Both the position numbers and the translations under genes were made by a program. The notes beneath the pieces were generated by a model. That model worked only from the letters and a program-made list of their open reading frames with translations. It was not told the origin of the DNA and did no database searches. A stretch of 64,000 nucleotides of DNA, taken from contig CAZVNM010000005.1 in the NCBI GenBank assembly GCA_964628685.1, forward strand, positions 136,141 through 200,140, written 5' to 3'. The stretch is from an uncultured Bifidobacteriaceae bacterium. GTDB lineage: Bacteria; Actinomycetota; Thermoleophilia; Miltoncostaeales; Miltoncostaeaceae. Shown here piece by piece: positions 44,359-53,386 of this stretch (positions are counted from its first letter, which is position 1; every line of letters begins with the position of its first letter).

Positions 44359-44940
44359 ATGGGTGAGATGTACGAACGCATGATGCGCGGCGAGCTCTAC
44401 GTCGCGGGCGACGACGAGGCCATCCAGACTGCCTCGCGCCGCGCGCTCGATCTGTGCCACCGCTACAACGCCGCGGCCACCGGCGATCCCGACGTCCTCG
44501 CCGAGCTCATCGGCGTCCTCGGCGAGGGTGTGGTCGTGCGGCCCACGTTCCACTGCGACTACGGTGCGCACATCGCGATCGGCGCCGGGACGTTCGTCAA
44601 CTTCGGCTGCGTGATGCTGGACGTCGCCGAGATCCGGATCGGGCGGGCCTGCCAGATCGCGTCGGGCGTGCAGCTTGTGACGGCCGAACACCCGATCGAT
44701 CCCGGTCCCCGACGCGCCGGATGGGAGTCGGCACGCCCCATCGTGCTGGAGGACAACGTGTGGCTCGGCGCCGGCGTGATCGTCTGTCCGGGCGTGACGA
44801 TCGGCCGCGACAGCGTGATCGGGGCCGGAAGCGTCGTCACGCGCGACGTCCCCGCCGGCGTGGTGGCGGTGGGCACACCGGCCCGGGTGATGCGCACGAT
44901 CGGCGCCGACGACGCGATCGCGGTCCCGGACCGCGGGTGA
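44359..44940 (+). CDS. maa: Maltose/galactoside O-acetyltransferase (left-handed beta-helix)
   Basis: N-terminal MRGELY...DLCHRYN cap. Hexapeptide repeats. VWLGAGVIVCPGVTIGRDSVIGAGSVV. Confidence 0.85.
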   Translation: MGEMYERMMRGELYVAGDDEAIQTASRRALDLCHRYNAAATGDPDVLAELIGVLGEGVVVRPTFHCDYGAHIAIGAGTFVNFGCVMLDVAEIRIGRACQIASGVQLVTAEHPIDPGPRRAGWESARPIVLEDNVWLGAGVIVCPGVTIGRDSVIGAGSVVTRDVPAGVVAVGTPARVMRTIGADDAIAVPDRG

Positions 44941-45578
44941 TGGCGGCCCCGCGGTACATCGGGCTGGACGGTCGCGGGTTCGTCTGGCTCGCCCATCCGG
45001 ACGAGTGGATGGCCCGTGCGTCGGCGGCCCTCGTCACCCCCGGCGGGGTCATCGTGGTCGACCCGGTGGACGCGCCGGGACTGGACGAGCGCCTGGCGGG
45101 GCTCGGGCCGGTCGCCGGCGTGGTGCAGCTGCTCGACCGCCACGGCCGCGACTGCGACGGTGTCGCCCGCCGTCTGGGCGTTCCCCTCCTCGTGCCGGTC
45201 ACCCTGGCCGGGCGCGGTGCGCCCCTCGACCTGCCCGGTGTGCGGGAGATCACCGTCCTCGACATGCCCGGCTGGCACGAGTCGGCGCTCTGGCTGGAGC
45301 GCGACCGGGTGCTCGTCTGCGCCGAGGCGGTCGGCACCGTCGACTACTTCCGCGCACGGCAATCGGACGTGCTCGGGGTCCACCCGCTGCTTCGCCCCAG
45401 GCCGCCGCGTCGTGCACTCGCCGGTGTCGATCCGGTGACCATCGTCTGCGGCCACGGTCCACCGGTGGTCGGCGGCGGCGGGGAGGCGCTTCGCACCGCA
45501 CTGGCCCGTGCGCGTCGGGACATGCCGAGGGCGTGGGCCCATGCGGTGCTCGGCGGGATCCGGCGCCGCCGCGGCTGA
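44940..45578 (+). CDS. Hypothetical protein, degenerate metallo-beta-lactamase-like fold
   Basis: ATG at 44940 overlaps the maa stop (ATGA). LLDRHGRDCDG sits where HxHxDH would be. Final CGHG. Confidence 0.45.
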   Translation: MAAPRYIGLDGRGFVWLAHPDEWMARASAALVTPGGVIVVDPVDAPGLDERLAGLGPVAGVVQLLDRHGRDCDGVARRLGVPLLVPVTLAGRGAPLDLPGVREITVLDMPGWHESALWLERDRVLVCAEAVGTVDYFRARQSDVLGVHPLLRPRPPRRALAGVDPVTIVCGHGPPVVGGGGEALRTALARARRDMPRAWAHAVLGGIRRRRG

Positions 45579-45664
45579 CTCAAGGGGACGGTCCGGGACG
45601 GTTCCGCCGCCGCGGGCCGAGCGGATTCAGCGTGACGGGGTGGCCGGGGTAATGTGTCGATCCC

Positions 45665-46663
45665 ATGACGACGAGCCCCGCCGAGATGACGGTCAGCACC
45701 GAGACGGTCGCGGCCGGTCCCCGCGACGCGCTGCGGGTGACGCGCCTGGCCCTCCTCGCGGTGTACGGGATGGTGGTCCTCGGGTACATCTGGGTGGCGG
45801 GGGTCCCGTTCGACCGCGAGCAGATCATCCTCTGGACCTGCGGCGCCCTGGCGGTGGCGAGCGTCGGACGTCCGGTGCGCGACATCCTCGTCCTCGTGCG
45901 CGACTGGATCCCGTTCACGCTCTTCCTGATCGCCTACGACTACACCCGCGGCCTTGCCGACACGCTGGGCATCCCGGTGCGCGAGCGGGAGATGATCGTC
46001 GTCGACCGCGTGCTGGGGTTGGGTGAGATCCCGACGCTGCGGCTGCAGGAGTGGTTCTACGATCCGGCGCGGGTGCACTGGTACGACGTGGCGGCCACCC
46101 TCGTCTACAACTCGCACTTCTTCGCCGTCTACGTCATCGCCGGGGTGCTCTGGGCCCGCAACCGCAGGCGCTTCGGCGCGTTCGTGCGCCGCTATCTACT
46201 GCTCACCTCCGCGGGCCTTGCCACCTACATCCTGTTTCCGGCCACCCCGCCGTGGATGGCCGCCAAGCACGGCGAGATCGACCCGGTGGCGCGCATCAGC
46301 GGCAGGGGGTGGCGGGCGCTCGGTCTGGACCGCGCCGAGTCGGTGCTGACGAAGGGGCAGGGGGTCGTCAACCAGGTGGCGGCGATGCCCTCGCTGCACG
46401 CCGCGTTCGCCGCCCTGATCGGCGCGTTCTTCTGGCGTGGGGCGTCGTGGTGGATGCGGATTGTTCTGGTCGGCTACCCGGTCGCCATGGGCATCGCCCT
46501 CATGTACTCCGGCGAGCACTACCTGATCGACGTGCTGATGGGCTGGCTGTACGTGGCTGGGGTGATGGTCGTGGCGGCGTGGGCGGAGCGCCGGTGGCGC
46601 GCGTGGCGGGCGACCCGGTCCGGGGATGACGGCGAGGACGGGGAGGCTCCCGCCCCCGCGTAG
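45665..46663 (+). CDS. PAP2-superfamily membrane protein (phosphatase / inositol-phosphotransferase-like)
   Basis: AMPSLHAAFAAL and SGEHYLIDVLMGW motifs, multiple TM helices. Confidence 0.75.
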   Translation: MTTSPAEMTVSTETVAAGPRDALRVTRLALLAVYGMVVLGYIWVAGVPFDREQIILWTCGALAVASVGRPVRDILVLVRDWIPFTLFLIAYDYTRGLADTLGIPVREREMIVVDRVLGLGEIPTLRLQEWFYDPARVHWYDVAATLVYNSHFFAVYVIAGVLWARNRRRFGAFVRRYLLLTSAGLATYILFPATPPWMAAKHGEIDPVARISGRGWRALGLDRAESVLTKGQGVVNQVAAMPSLHAAFAALIGAFFWRGASWWMRIVLVGYPVAMGIALMYSGEHYLIDVLMGWLYVAGVMVVAAWAERRWRAWRATRSGDDGEDGEAPAPA

Positions 46664-46698
46664 GATCCGCGCATCCCCCGTCAAGGAGCGTGTGCGTC

Positions 46699-47688
46699 AT
46701 GGAGACCCGGCGTCTCGGATCGACCGACCTCGAACTCAGCGTCATCGGCCTGGGCACCTGGGTGTTCGGCGGCAGGTGGGGCGGAAGCGACGACGCCGAC
46801 TCGCTGGCGGCCTGCCATGCGGCGGTCGACGCCGGCGTCAACTGGATCGACACCGCCGACATCTACGGTCAGCACCGCGCCGAACGCATCGTCGGACGGT
46901 TCCTCGCCGAGCGCGGCGACGAGGTGATCGTGGCGACCAAGTGCGGGGTCGCCTGGGAGTTCGAACCGGAGTTCCGCATCTGGCGCGAGGCCGGCGGCGA
47001 CTACATCCGGGCCGCGGTGGACCGCAACCTCGCCGCCCTCGGGATCGAGCGGATCGACCTCTACCAGGTGCACTGGCCCGTGCCGTCCACCCCTGCGGCC
47101 GACACCATGGGCGCCATGGCCGACCTGCGCGATCAGGGGAAGATCGGGGCGATCGGCGTCTCCAACTACGACATCGACGACCTGCGCGCGGCGTGGGACG
47201 CCCAGCCGTTCGACAGCCTGCAGGTGGGCTACCACGTCATGCGGCGCGAGATCGAGCGCGAGGAGCTTCCCTGGTGTGCCGACCGGGGTGTCGGCGTGCT
47301 GGCGTACGGGCCGCTGGCGCATGGCCTTCTGACCGGCAAGATGGACGCGTCCACGACGTTCCGGGACGACGACTGGCGCGCCCAGAGCGAGTTCTTCGCC
47401 GACGAGGCGTTCCCGCAGCGGGTGGAGGTGGCACGGCGCCTGGCGGCGGTCGCCGACGACGCCGGTCGTCCCGGGGGCCTGGCCGAGCTTGCCGTCATGT
47501 GGACGCTGCGCCGCCCGGAGGTGACGTCGGCCATCGTCGGTGCGCGCGACGCGCGGCAGGCGACCGCCAACGCCGCCCTGGCGGGACGCCCGGTCTCGGA
47601 CGACGAGGCCGCGGCGATCGACGCCGTCCTTGGCGAATTCCCCGACGCGTCGCGGCCCTACGGACACGGTGAGCCGCCCACTCGGTGA
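46699..47688 (+). CDS. Aldo/keto reductase
   Basis: LGTWVFGG...AGVNWIDTADIYG...IDLYQVHWP motifs. Confidence 0.9.
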   Translation: METRRLGSTDLELSVIGLGTWVFGGRWGGSDDADSLAACHAAVDAGVNWIDTADIYGQHRAERIVGRFLAERGDEVIVATKCGVAWEFEPEFRIWREAGGDYIRAAVDRNLAALGIERIDLYQVHWPVPSTPAADTMGAMADLRDQGKIGAIGVSNYDIDDLRAAWDAQPFDSLQVGYHVMRREIEREELPWCADRGVGVLAYGPLAHGLLTGKMDASTTFRDDDWRAQSEFFADEAFPQRVEVARRLAAVADDAGRPGGLAELAVMWTLRRPEVTSAIVGARDARQATANAALAGRPVSDDEAAAIDAVLGEFPDASRPYGHGEPPTR

Positions 47689-47737
47689 GGGGTGCGAACT
47701 TGCGAGAACCGCACCCGATCCGGCATGGTGGGTGGTT

Positions 47738-48094
47738 ATGAGCGATTCTGAGACCCTGCGTCGCGCGACCGAACGTCTGGAACGGCTGGAGGCCGAACTG
47801 GTCGAACTCCAGGAGCGCCACGACCTGGCCGCCGACGGAAACGAGCGGTCGGACGGACACCATCACCCGGCCGAGGCCGCCACCGACGCCGAGATGCGCG
47901 AACACGACCTGCGCCTGCAGACGCGGGCGAAGGAGCGCATCGGTCAGATCGAGCGGGCGCTCGAGTCCATCCAGGACGGCAGCTACGGCATCTGCATCGA
48001 CTGCGGTGTCGAGATCCCCGAGGGGCGGCTGACGGTCAAGCCGGACGCCGAACGCTGCGTGCCGTGCCAGACGAAGGCCGACCGCTACCGCTGA
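47738..48094 (+). CDS. DksA/TraR family C4 zinc-finger protein
   Basis: Coiled-coil N-terminus and CIDCGVEIPEGRL...CVPC. ATG at 47738. Confidence 0.8.
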   Translation: MSDSETLRRATERLERLEAELVELQERHDLAADGNERSDGHHHPAEAATDAEMREHDLRLQTRAKERIGQIERALESIQDGSYGICIDCGVEIPEGRLTVKPDAERCVPCQTKADRYR

Positions 48095-48639
48095 TCGAGC
48101 CGGGCTTCAGCTTCTGTCCGGCCTGCGGGGCGTCGTTGGACGCACCGCGCCCGGTCACCTGCGCGTCCTGCGGCGTCACCCACTGGCGAAACGCCAAGCC
48201 GTGTGCCGGCGCCCTGGTGGTGGACGACGGCGGGCGTCTGCTGCTCGTGCGGCGGGCGATCGAGCCCTACCACGGCGACTGGGACATTCCCGGTGGCTTC
48301 TGCGACGCCGACGAACACCCACGGGACGCCGCGGTGCGCGAGGTGTCGGAGGAGGTCGGCCTTGCGGTGCGGATCACCGGTTTCCTCGGCATGTGGATGG
48401 ACCGCTACGGCGGTGAGGGCGCCGAGACCACCCTCAACCACTACTTCCTCGCACGACCGGCCGGCGGGACCGACCTGCGGATCGATCCGGCCGAGTCGAA
48501 CGCCGCGGACTGGTTCGCCCCCGACGCGCTTCCCGAGCGGATCGCCTTTCCGGATCACGCCCGGTCGGTGCTGGCCGCCTGGCTGACGACCGTGGCGGGC
48601 GGCGGCGACGCCGTGACCGCGTCCGACACCGGCAGCTGA
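48064..48639 (+). CDS. Nudix hydrolase with NudC-like N-terminal zinc ribbon
   Basis: CPACG...CASCG ribbon, then Nudix box GGFCDADEHPRDAAVREVSEEVGL. The start is uncertain (31-nt overlap with the dksA-like gene if 48064). Confidence 0.8.
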   Translation: MPDEGRPLPLIEPGFSFCPACGASLDAPRPVTCASCGVTHWRNAKPCAGALVVDDGGRLLLVRRAIEPYHGDWDIPGGFCDADEHPRDAAVREVSEEVGLAVRITGFLGMWMDRYGGEGAETTLNHYFLARPAGGTDLRIDPAESNAADWFAPDALPERIAFPDHARSVLAAWLTTVAGGGDAVTASDTGS

Positions 48640-49559
48640 GCCCGGTCCGTCGCCGGCGCCACCCGCGGGCGCGCGACCATCCACATGATGCCCACGGCCA
48701 CCGCGAAGAGGATCGCGATGATCGTGACGTGCACCAGGATGACCTCCCAGGGCAGCTGATTGCGGTACTGGTATTCGCCCACGGCGATCTGCAGGGCGAG
48801 GAGCGGTGCGAACAGCATGATGAGGCGGCGCAGGAAGGGTTCCTCGACGCCCTGACGCCAGAGCCAGACGGTGAACAGGATGCCGGCGATCACGAAGCCG
48901 ATGACGACGCGCACGTGGACCGCCGCCGCGTCGCCCAGGTTCCAGAAGCGGATCTTCACGTTGGGGTCGCCCGGGTGCGGTCCGGACGCGGTCACGAGCA
49001 CACCCGAGATGACCACGACGGCGAGGAGCGACAGCATGATGCCCGCGGCCGTCGCTCGGCGGGGGTCGCGTCTGCGTTGGGTGCCCCGCACGAGGTCGCG
49101 GGCGATCATCAGCGAGATGACCCCACCGGTGAGCGCGACGAACGAGAGCAGGAAGTGGCAGGCCACCAGCACCGGGTGCAGGTCGAAGACGACGGTGAGC
49201 CCGCCGAGGGGCGCCTGCCCGATGGAGGCGAGCGCCGCGGTGAGCGAGGCGCGTCGCAGGGTGCGGGTGGAGCCGATCACGCGGCGGGCGGTCAGGTAGA
49301 GGAGGATCGAGAGCGCCACCACGACCGCCGAGGCGACGCGGTTGGAGTACTCGATGATCGTGTGGCCCTGCATCGGGGGGACGATGCTGCCGTGGCAGCC
49401 CGGCCAGTCCGGGCAGCCCAGGCCGGATCCGGTCAGCCGCACGAGCCCGCCGCTGGGGACGATGAACATGAGGGCGGCGACCGCCGCGATCGCGAACCGC
49501 CGGAAGATCCGCGGCGTGAGGGGTCCCCTGATGATGCGCGAGAGCCTGCCTGAGGGCAT
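48555..49559 (-). CDS. ctaA: Heme A synthase (COX15/CtaA)
   Basis: GGLVRLTGSGLGCPDWPGCHG, 8 TM helices with conserved His. ATG at 49559 (alternative 49568). The 3' end overlaps the convergent Nudix gene by ~85 nt. Confidence 0.8.
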   Translation of the reverse strand: MPSGRLSRIIRGPLTPRIFRRFAIAAVAALMFIVPSGGLVRLTGSGLGCPDWPGCHGSIVPPMQGHTIIEYSNRVASAVVVALSILLYLTARRVIGSTRTLRRASLTAALASIGQAPLGGLTVVFDLHPVLVACHFLLSFVALTGGVISLMIARDLVRGTQRRRDPRRATAAGIMLSLLAVVVISGVLVTASGPHPGDPNVKIRFWNLGDAAAVHVRVVIGFVIAGILFTVWLWRQGVEEPFLRRLIMLFAPLLALQIAVGEYQYRNQLPWEVILVHVTIIAILFAVAVGIMWMVARPRVAPATDRAQLPVSDAVTASPPPATVVSQAASTDRA

Positions 49560-49677
49560 GGGGTGCATCCTACGTCGGTGGGCGGGTGACCATGGACCGC
49601 ATGTGGTGTGGCGCGTTGTCATGTCCGGGGGTGGTCGGGCGGCTCGACGGGTCGTGCGGCTGCACTAACCTGCGTCC

Positions 49678-50955
49678 GTGCTCGCCCGTGCCCTCACCCT
49701 GCTCATCGTCGTGGCGCTCTGGGGGCCGGCCCAGGCGTCGTCGCACGCGGCCGTGCGATCGGTGGAGGGGGACGCTCGGGCGCTCACGGTGGTGCTGGAC
49801 GCCGCGGCCGAGACCGCGTTCCTGCGGGCGAGCGGCGGCGGCACCGTCCGGATCGACCCGGGTGACGACCACGTCCTCCATCTGACCGTCCCCCCGGAGG
49901 GCACGACGGTGCGGGTGCTGTCGACCGACGGCCACGTGTCGCATCTGGGGTTCGACCTTGGTGGACGGGTGACCGCCGTTGCCCGCATGGACGATCCGAC
50001 CGTGGTCGCGGGCCGGGCGCTCATCATCGGGGCGCTCACGGTCATGGTCGGTCTCGTCGGCATGCTGGCGGTGGTGGTGGCACCGGCCCTTCGCGCACCG
50101 ATCCGCCCGCCGGGCGTGCGAGACGCGCGCCTGGCGGAGTTCGACGCGCCGGCACCTCCGGGTTTCTCGGTGATCCGGTCGATCCTCGTGCGCACCGCCG
50201 TCCTGGGCCTCGTCGGGGTGCTCCTCGTGATCGCCGGCACGATGGGGGCGCTGGGGGCGGGGGCCGGATCGCTCGGGACGCTCCTGGTGGACACCCGGCT
50301 GGGCCTGGCGGCCCTCGGATGGCTGGCCGCGATCGGCGTCGCGCTGGCGCTCGCGGTCGCCCTCGGGCGGCGGGGACGGCCGCGGTCGTGGTGGCCGTGG
50401 GCGCTCGGCCTGCCGCCGGCGGTCGCCCTCGTGATCCTCAGCTGGTCGGGGCACGCCATGTCCGGCAACGACCGCGCGCTCTCGGTGGGGCTCGACACGC
50501 TCCACCTCGTGGCCACCTGCCTCTGGTTCGGTGGACTCGTGGGGTTGGTGGTGGCCACCGCGGTCGGTCGCCGGATGGGGGACCCCGTGCGGGTGCTCCC
50601 GACCCTGGCCGCGATCGTCGTGCGCTTCTCGGCGATGGCGCTGATCGCGGTGGGGGTGCTGGTGGTGACCGGCGTCTATCGGGCGCTGGCCGAGCTCTCG
50701 GCGGTCGGGGACCTGGTGCACACCCGCTACGGCATCGCCCTGCTGGTGAAGCTCGGGGTCTTCGGCGTGATGCTGTGCATCGCCGCCTACAACCGGTTCG
50801 TCATCCACCCGCGCCTCGAGCGCGCCGCCCTGGGGCTTGCCGACGACGATCGCGGGGCGGGGCGCGCGCTCGGCGCGAGCGTGCGGGCGGAGCTGACCCT
50901 GGCGGCGGTCCTGATCGTGACCGTCGCGGTGATGATCTCGTTGCCGCCGCCGTGA
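49678..50955 (+). CDS. CopD-family membrane protein with degenerate N-terminal CopC-like domain
   Basis: Signal peptide ...QASSHAAV, short beta-rich domain ending STDGHVSHLGF, then ~8 TM helices with SGHA and LHLVATCLWFGGL as in CopD. Confidence 0.7.
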   Translation: MLARALTLLIVVALWGPAQASSHAAVRSVEGDARALTVVLDAAAETAFLRASGGGTVRIDPGDDHVLHLTVPPEGTTVRVLSTDGHVSHLGFDLGGRVTAVARMDDPTVVAGRALIIGALTVMVGLVGMLAVVVAPALRAPIRPPGVRDARLAEFDAPAPPGFSVIRSILVRTAVLGLVGVLLVIAGTMGALGAGAGSLGTLLVDTRLGLAALGWLAAIGVALALAVALGRRGRPRSWWPWALGLPPAVALVILSWSGHAMSGNDRALSVGLDTLHLVATCLWFGGLVGLVVATAVGRRMGDPVRVLPTLAAIVVRFSAMALIAVGVLVVTGVYRALAELSAVGDLVHTRYGIALLVKLGVFGVMLCIAAYNRFVIHPRLERAALGLADDDRGAGRALGASVRAELTLAAVLIVTVAVMISLPPP

Positions 50956-51199
50956 TGCGCCGCGCGCACGCCTGGTGCCTGGCACGCAACGTGCGCGGCA
51001 GCGGGCTGGCGTCTCGGTTGCGCCCGCACCGTGATCTGTCGCGCGCAAGCTTGGGCCTGGCACGTAACTTGCGTGATGCGCCGTGCGCACGCCTGGTGCC
51101 TGGCACGCAACGTGCGCGGCGGCGGGCTGGCGTCTCGGTTGCGCCCGCACCGTGATCTGTCGCGCGCAAGCTTGGTGCCTGGCGCGTAGCTTGCGCGCT
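50952..51199. repeat. Two-copy 121-bp tandem repeat, each copy carrying two hairpin boxes of the same family as the 6.5-kb array
   Basis: GTGATGCGCC...CCTGGTGCCTGGCACGCAACGTGCGC...GCGCAAGCTTGGGCCTGGCACGTAACTTGC. Unit starts at 50952 and 51073. The first unit begins on the CopD stop codon. Confidence 0.85.
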
Positions 51200-51405
51200 G
51201 AAGAATCCTCGATCTCAGTCGCACACGCTCAGGTGATGGACGGAGATCTCCGTGTCCCGGTCTGGTGAACATCTGAGCCGGTGGCGCTCAGATGCTGTCA
51301 CCCGATTGGGTGCTGCGCCGCAGGTCATATCTGAGTCTTCGTAACTCAGATGCTGGGAGTGGGTGGAGGCCCCACCGCCTCGTCGACGCGTCGGCCGGCA
51401 TCGTG

Positions 51406-51441
51406 CGCGCAAGTTACGTGCCAGGCACCAGGCTTGCGCGG
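51406..51441 (-). repeat. Solitary inverted copy of the hairpin box
   Basis: GCGCGCAAGTTACGTGCCAGGCACCAGGCTTGCGCG is the reverse complement of GCAAGCCTGGTGCCTGGCACGTAACTTGC with a 7-bp stem GCGCAAG/CTTGCGC. Confidence 0.85.
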
Positions 51442-51740
51442 GCGCCGTTGGACGGCCCGCCGGTGGCTCGCGTCCGGCCCCGTGGGGCGGGCGGGGGTGA
51501 CGCCCCGGCTATCCCCATGCCTGTTGGCAATTCCGGTTTCGGCCGTGCCGCTGTCGCTGAAATGCGTTGCATCGGCCGGAAAGGTCGTTTGAGCAGGGCA
51601 AACGCGCCGGGGGAGAGGGGGGTTGCGGCAGGGGGGAGGGCCCGCGAAAACGGAGGGAGGCGGGGGGGATCGGGGAGGTCTTCCACAGGGCGATCGGATG
51701 CCGAATAGTGGGCTGACCGCACCCGATCCGAACTGGAGCC

Positions 51741-53168
51741 ATGAGGAACTTCCGCACACTCGTCCTGACCCTCGTCCTCGGCCTCGCCATGGCCGCGCCG
51801 CTCAACGCCGCCCTGCAGGTGACCGTTCGCGCCGGTGACAGCCTGGCGGCCATCGGGGAGCGTCACGGCGTGAGCGCCCAGGCGATCGCGTCGGCCAACG
51901 GGATCCGCAACCCGGCGATGATCTCGATCGGCACGACGCTCTCGATCCCGAGCGGCGGGTCGTCATCATCGACGTCCACGTCGTCAGCGTCGAGCACCTC
52001 CTCGTCGGGGTCGCACACGGTGGCGCCCGGTGAGAACCTGGGTGCGATCGCGGCCCGCTACGGGACGACCACGGCCGCTCTCGTGGAGGCCAACAACATC
52101 GCCGACCCGGCCATGATCGTCGCGGGCACCCGCCTGCGGATCTCCGGCACCGGTTCGTCGACCGGATCGTCGTCGGCGTCGTCCACCACCGTCGCCGCGT
52201 CGTCCTCCTCGGGGTCGCACACGGTGGCGCCCGGTGAGAACCTGGGTGCGATCGCCGCCCGCTACGGGACGAGCGCGCAGGCGCTGGCGAGCGCCAACGG
52301 GATCGCGAACCCCAACATGGTCGTCGCGGGCACCCGCCTGCGGATCGTGTCGGGCGGGTCGTCGACCCCCGCGTCGTCGAACGCATCGAGCGCGTCGGCG
52401 TCGGGCGGCACCGTCCACACCGTCGCGCCGGGTGAGAACCTGGGTGCGATCGCGGTGCGGTACGGCACGACGGTCGAGTCCCTGACGCGGATGAACGGTC
52501 TGCGCGATCCGAACACGATCGGCGCCGGCACCACCCTTCGCATCGTCGCGGGCGGTGGGACCCCGTCGACCGTGAGCACCATCTCGTCCTCGTCGTCCGG
52601 CGGGGTCCACACGGTGGCCCCGGGTGAGAACCTGGGTGCGATCGCCGCCCGCTACGGCACGAGCGCACAGGCGCTTGCGAGCGCCAACGGGATCGCGAAC
52701 CCCAACATGATCGTGGCCGGCACCCGGCTGCAGATCACCGGCGGCGGCACGACCACCCCGGCCCCCGGCCCGTCGGTCCCGGTGACCGCCGCCACCTCCG
52801 GGTGGGGTGGCCAGCCCGGCAGCACCGAGGTGCGGAGCCTTCTGGACCAGGCCTCGGCCCGCCACGGCGTCGACCCGGCCCTCGCCCGCGCGATCGCCTG
52901 GCAGGAGAGCGGTTACTGGCAGGGCGCGCGTTCGAGCGTGGGTGCGATCGGCGTCATGCAGCTCATGCCCGCCACCGCCGCCTGGGCAGGCCCCGCGCTC
53001 CTCGGCCGGGACATCGACCCGACCAACGTCCGCGACAACGTCGACGCCGGCACCGCCTACATCGCCTACCTGCAGCGCAACACGAGCTCCCGCGATCAGG
53101 CCGTGGCCAGCTACTACCAGGGCCTCGGCTCGGTGACCTCGCGCGGCTACTACGACGACACCAAGTAG
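51741..53168 (+). CDS. Secreted peptidoglycan lytic transglycosylase with five LysM repeats
   Basis: Signal peptide. Five copies of HTVAPGENLGAIAARYGT...ANGI.NPN.IVAGTRLRI. C-terminal SLT motif IAWQESGYWQGARSSVGAIGVMQLMP. Confidence 0.85.
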   Translation: MRNFRTLVLTLVLGLAMAAPLNAALQVTVRAGDSLAAIGERHGVSAQAIASANGIRNPAMISIGTTLSIPSGGSSSSTSTSSASSTSSSGSHTVAPGENLGAIAARYGTTTAALVEANNIADPAMIVAGTRLRISGTGSSTGSSSASSTTVAASSSSGSHTVAPGENLGAIAARYGTSAQALASANGIANPNMVVAGTRLRIVSGGSSTPASSNASSASASGGTVHTVAPGENLGAIAVRYGTTVESLTRMNGLRDPNTIGAGTTLRIVAGGGTPSTVSTISSSSSGGVHTVAPGENLGAIAARYGTSAQALASANGIANPNMIVAGTRLQITGGGTTTPAPGPSVPVTAATSGWGGQPGSTEVRSLLDQASARHGVDPALARAIAWQESGYWQGARSSVGAIGVMQLMPATAAWAGPALLGRDIDPTNVRDNVDAGTAYIAYLQRNTSSRDQAVASYYQGLGSVTSRGYYDDTK

Positions 53169-53278
53169 TACGTGACCTCCGTCAACGGCCACTACGGCCG
53201 GCGGTAGGTCCGAACTGGGCGGGTCGAGCGGCCTTCGCGTCGTCCGACCCGCCGCCTCCCAGCCTCCCGCGCCTCCCC

Positions 53279-53310
53279 GGGCCGGAACGACCAGCGTGTC
53301 GTTCCGGCCC
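53279..53310 (+). terminator. Perfect 13-bp stem hairpin after the LysM/SLT gene
   Basis: GGGCCGGAACGAC-cagcgt-GTCGTTCCGGCCC, followed by GTCGCATTTC. Confidence 0.55.
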
Positions 53311-53386
53311 GTCGCATTTCGGGGGTGCGTCGGCCGCCCCGCCCGGTGCACCCCGGTCGTCATCGTGGGCGTGGGATACTCGCGAC

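Noticed and set aside
51480-51740. c-di-AMP (ydaO-type) riboswitch upstream of the LysM/SLT cell-wall hydrolase
   Set aside because: The genomic context fits actinobacterial ydaO riboswitches. However, I could not find the conserved core, for example the ...CCGA.CAGCUAACCUCGUAAGC segment or the paired ACGGGG/GAAUC motifs. An Rfam RF00379 scan would settle it.
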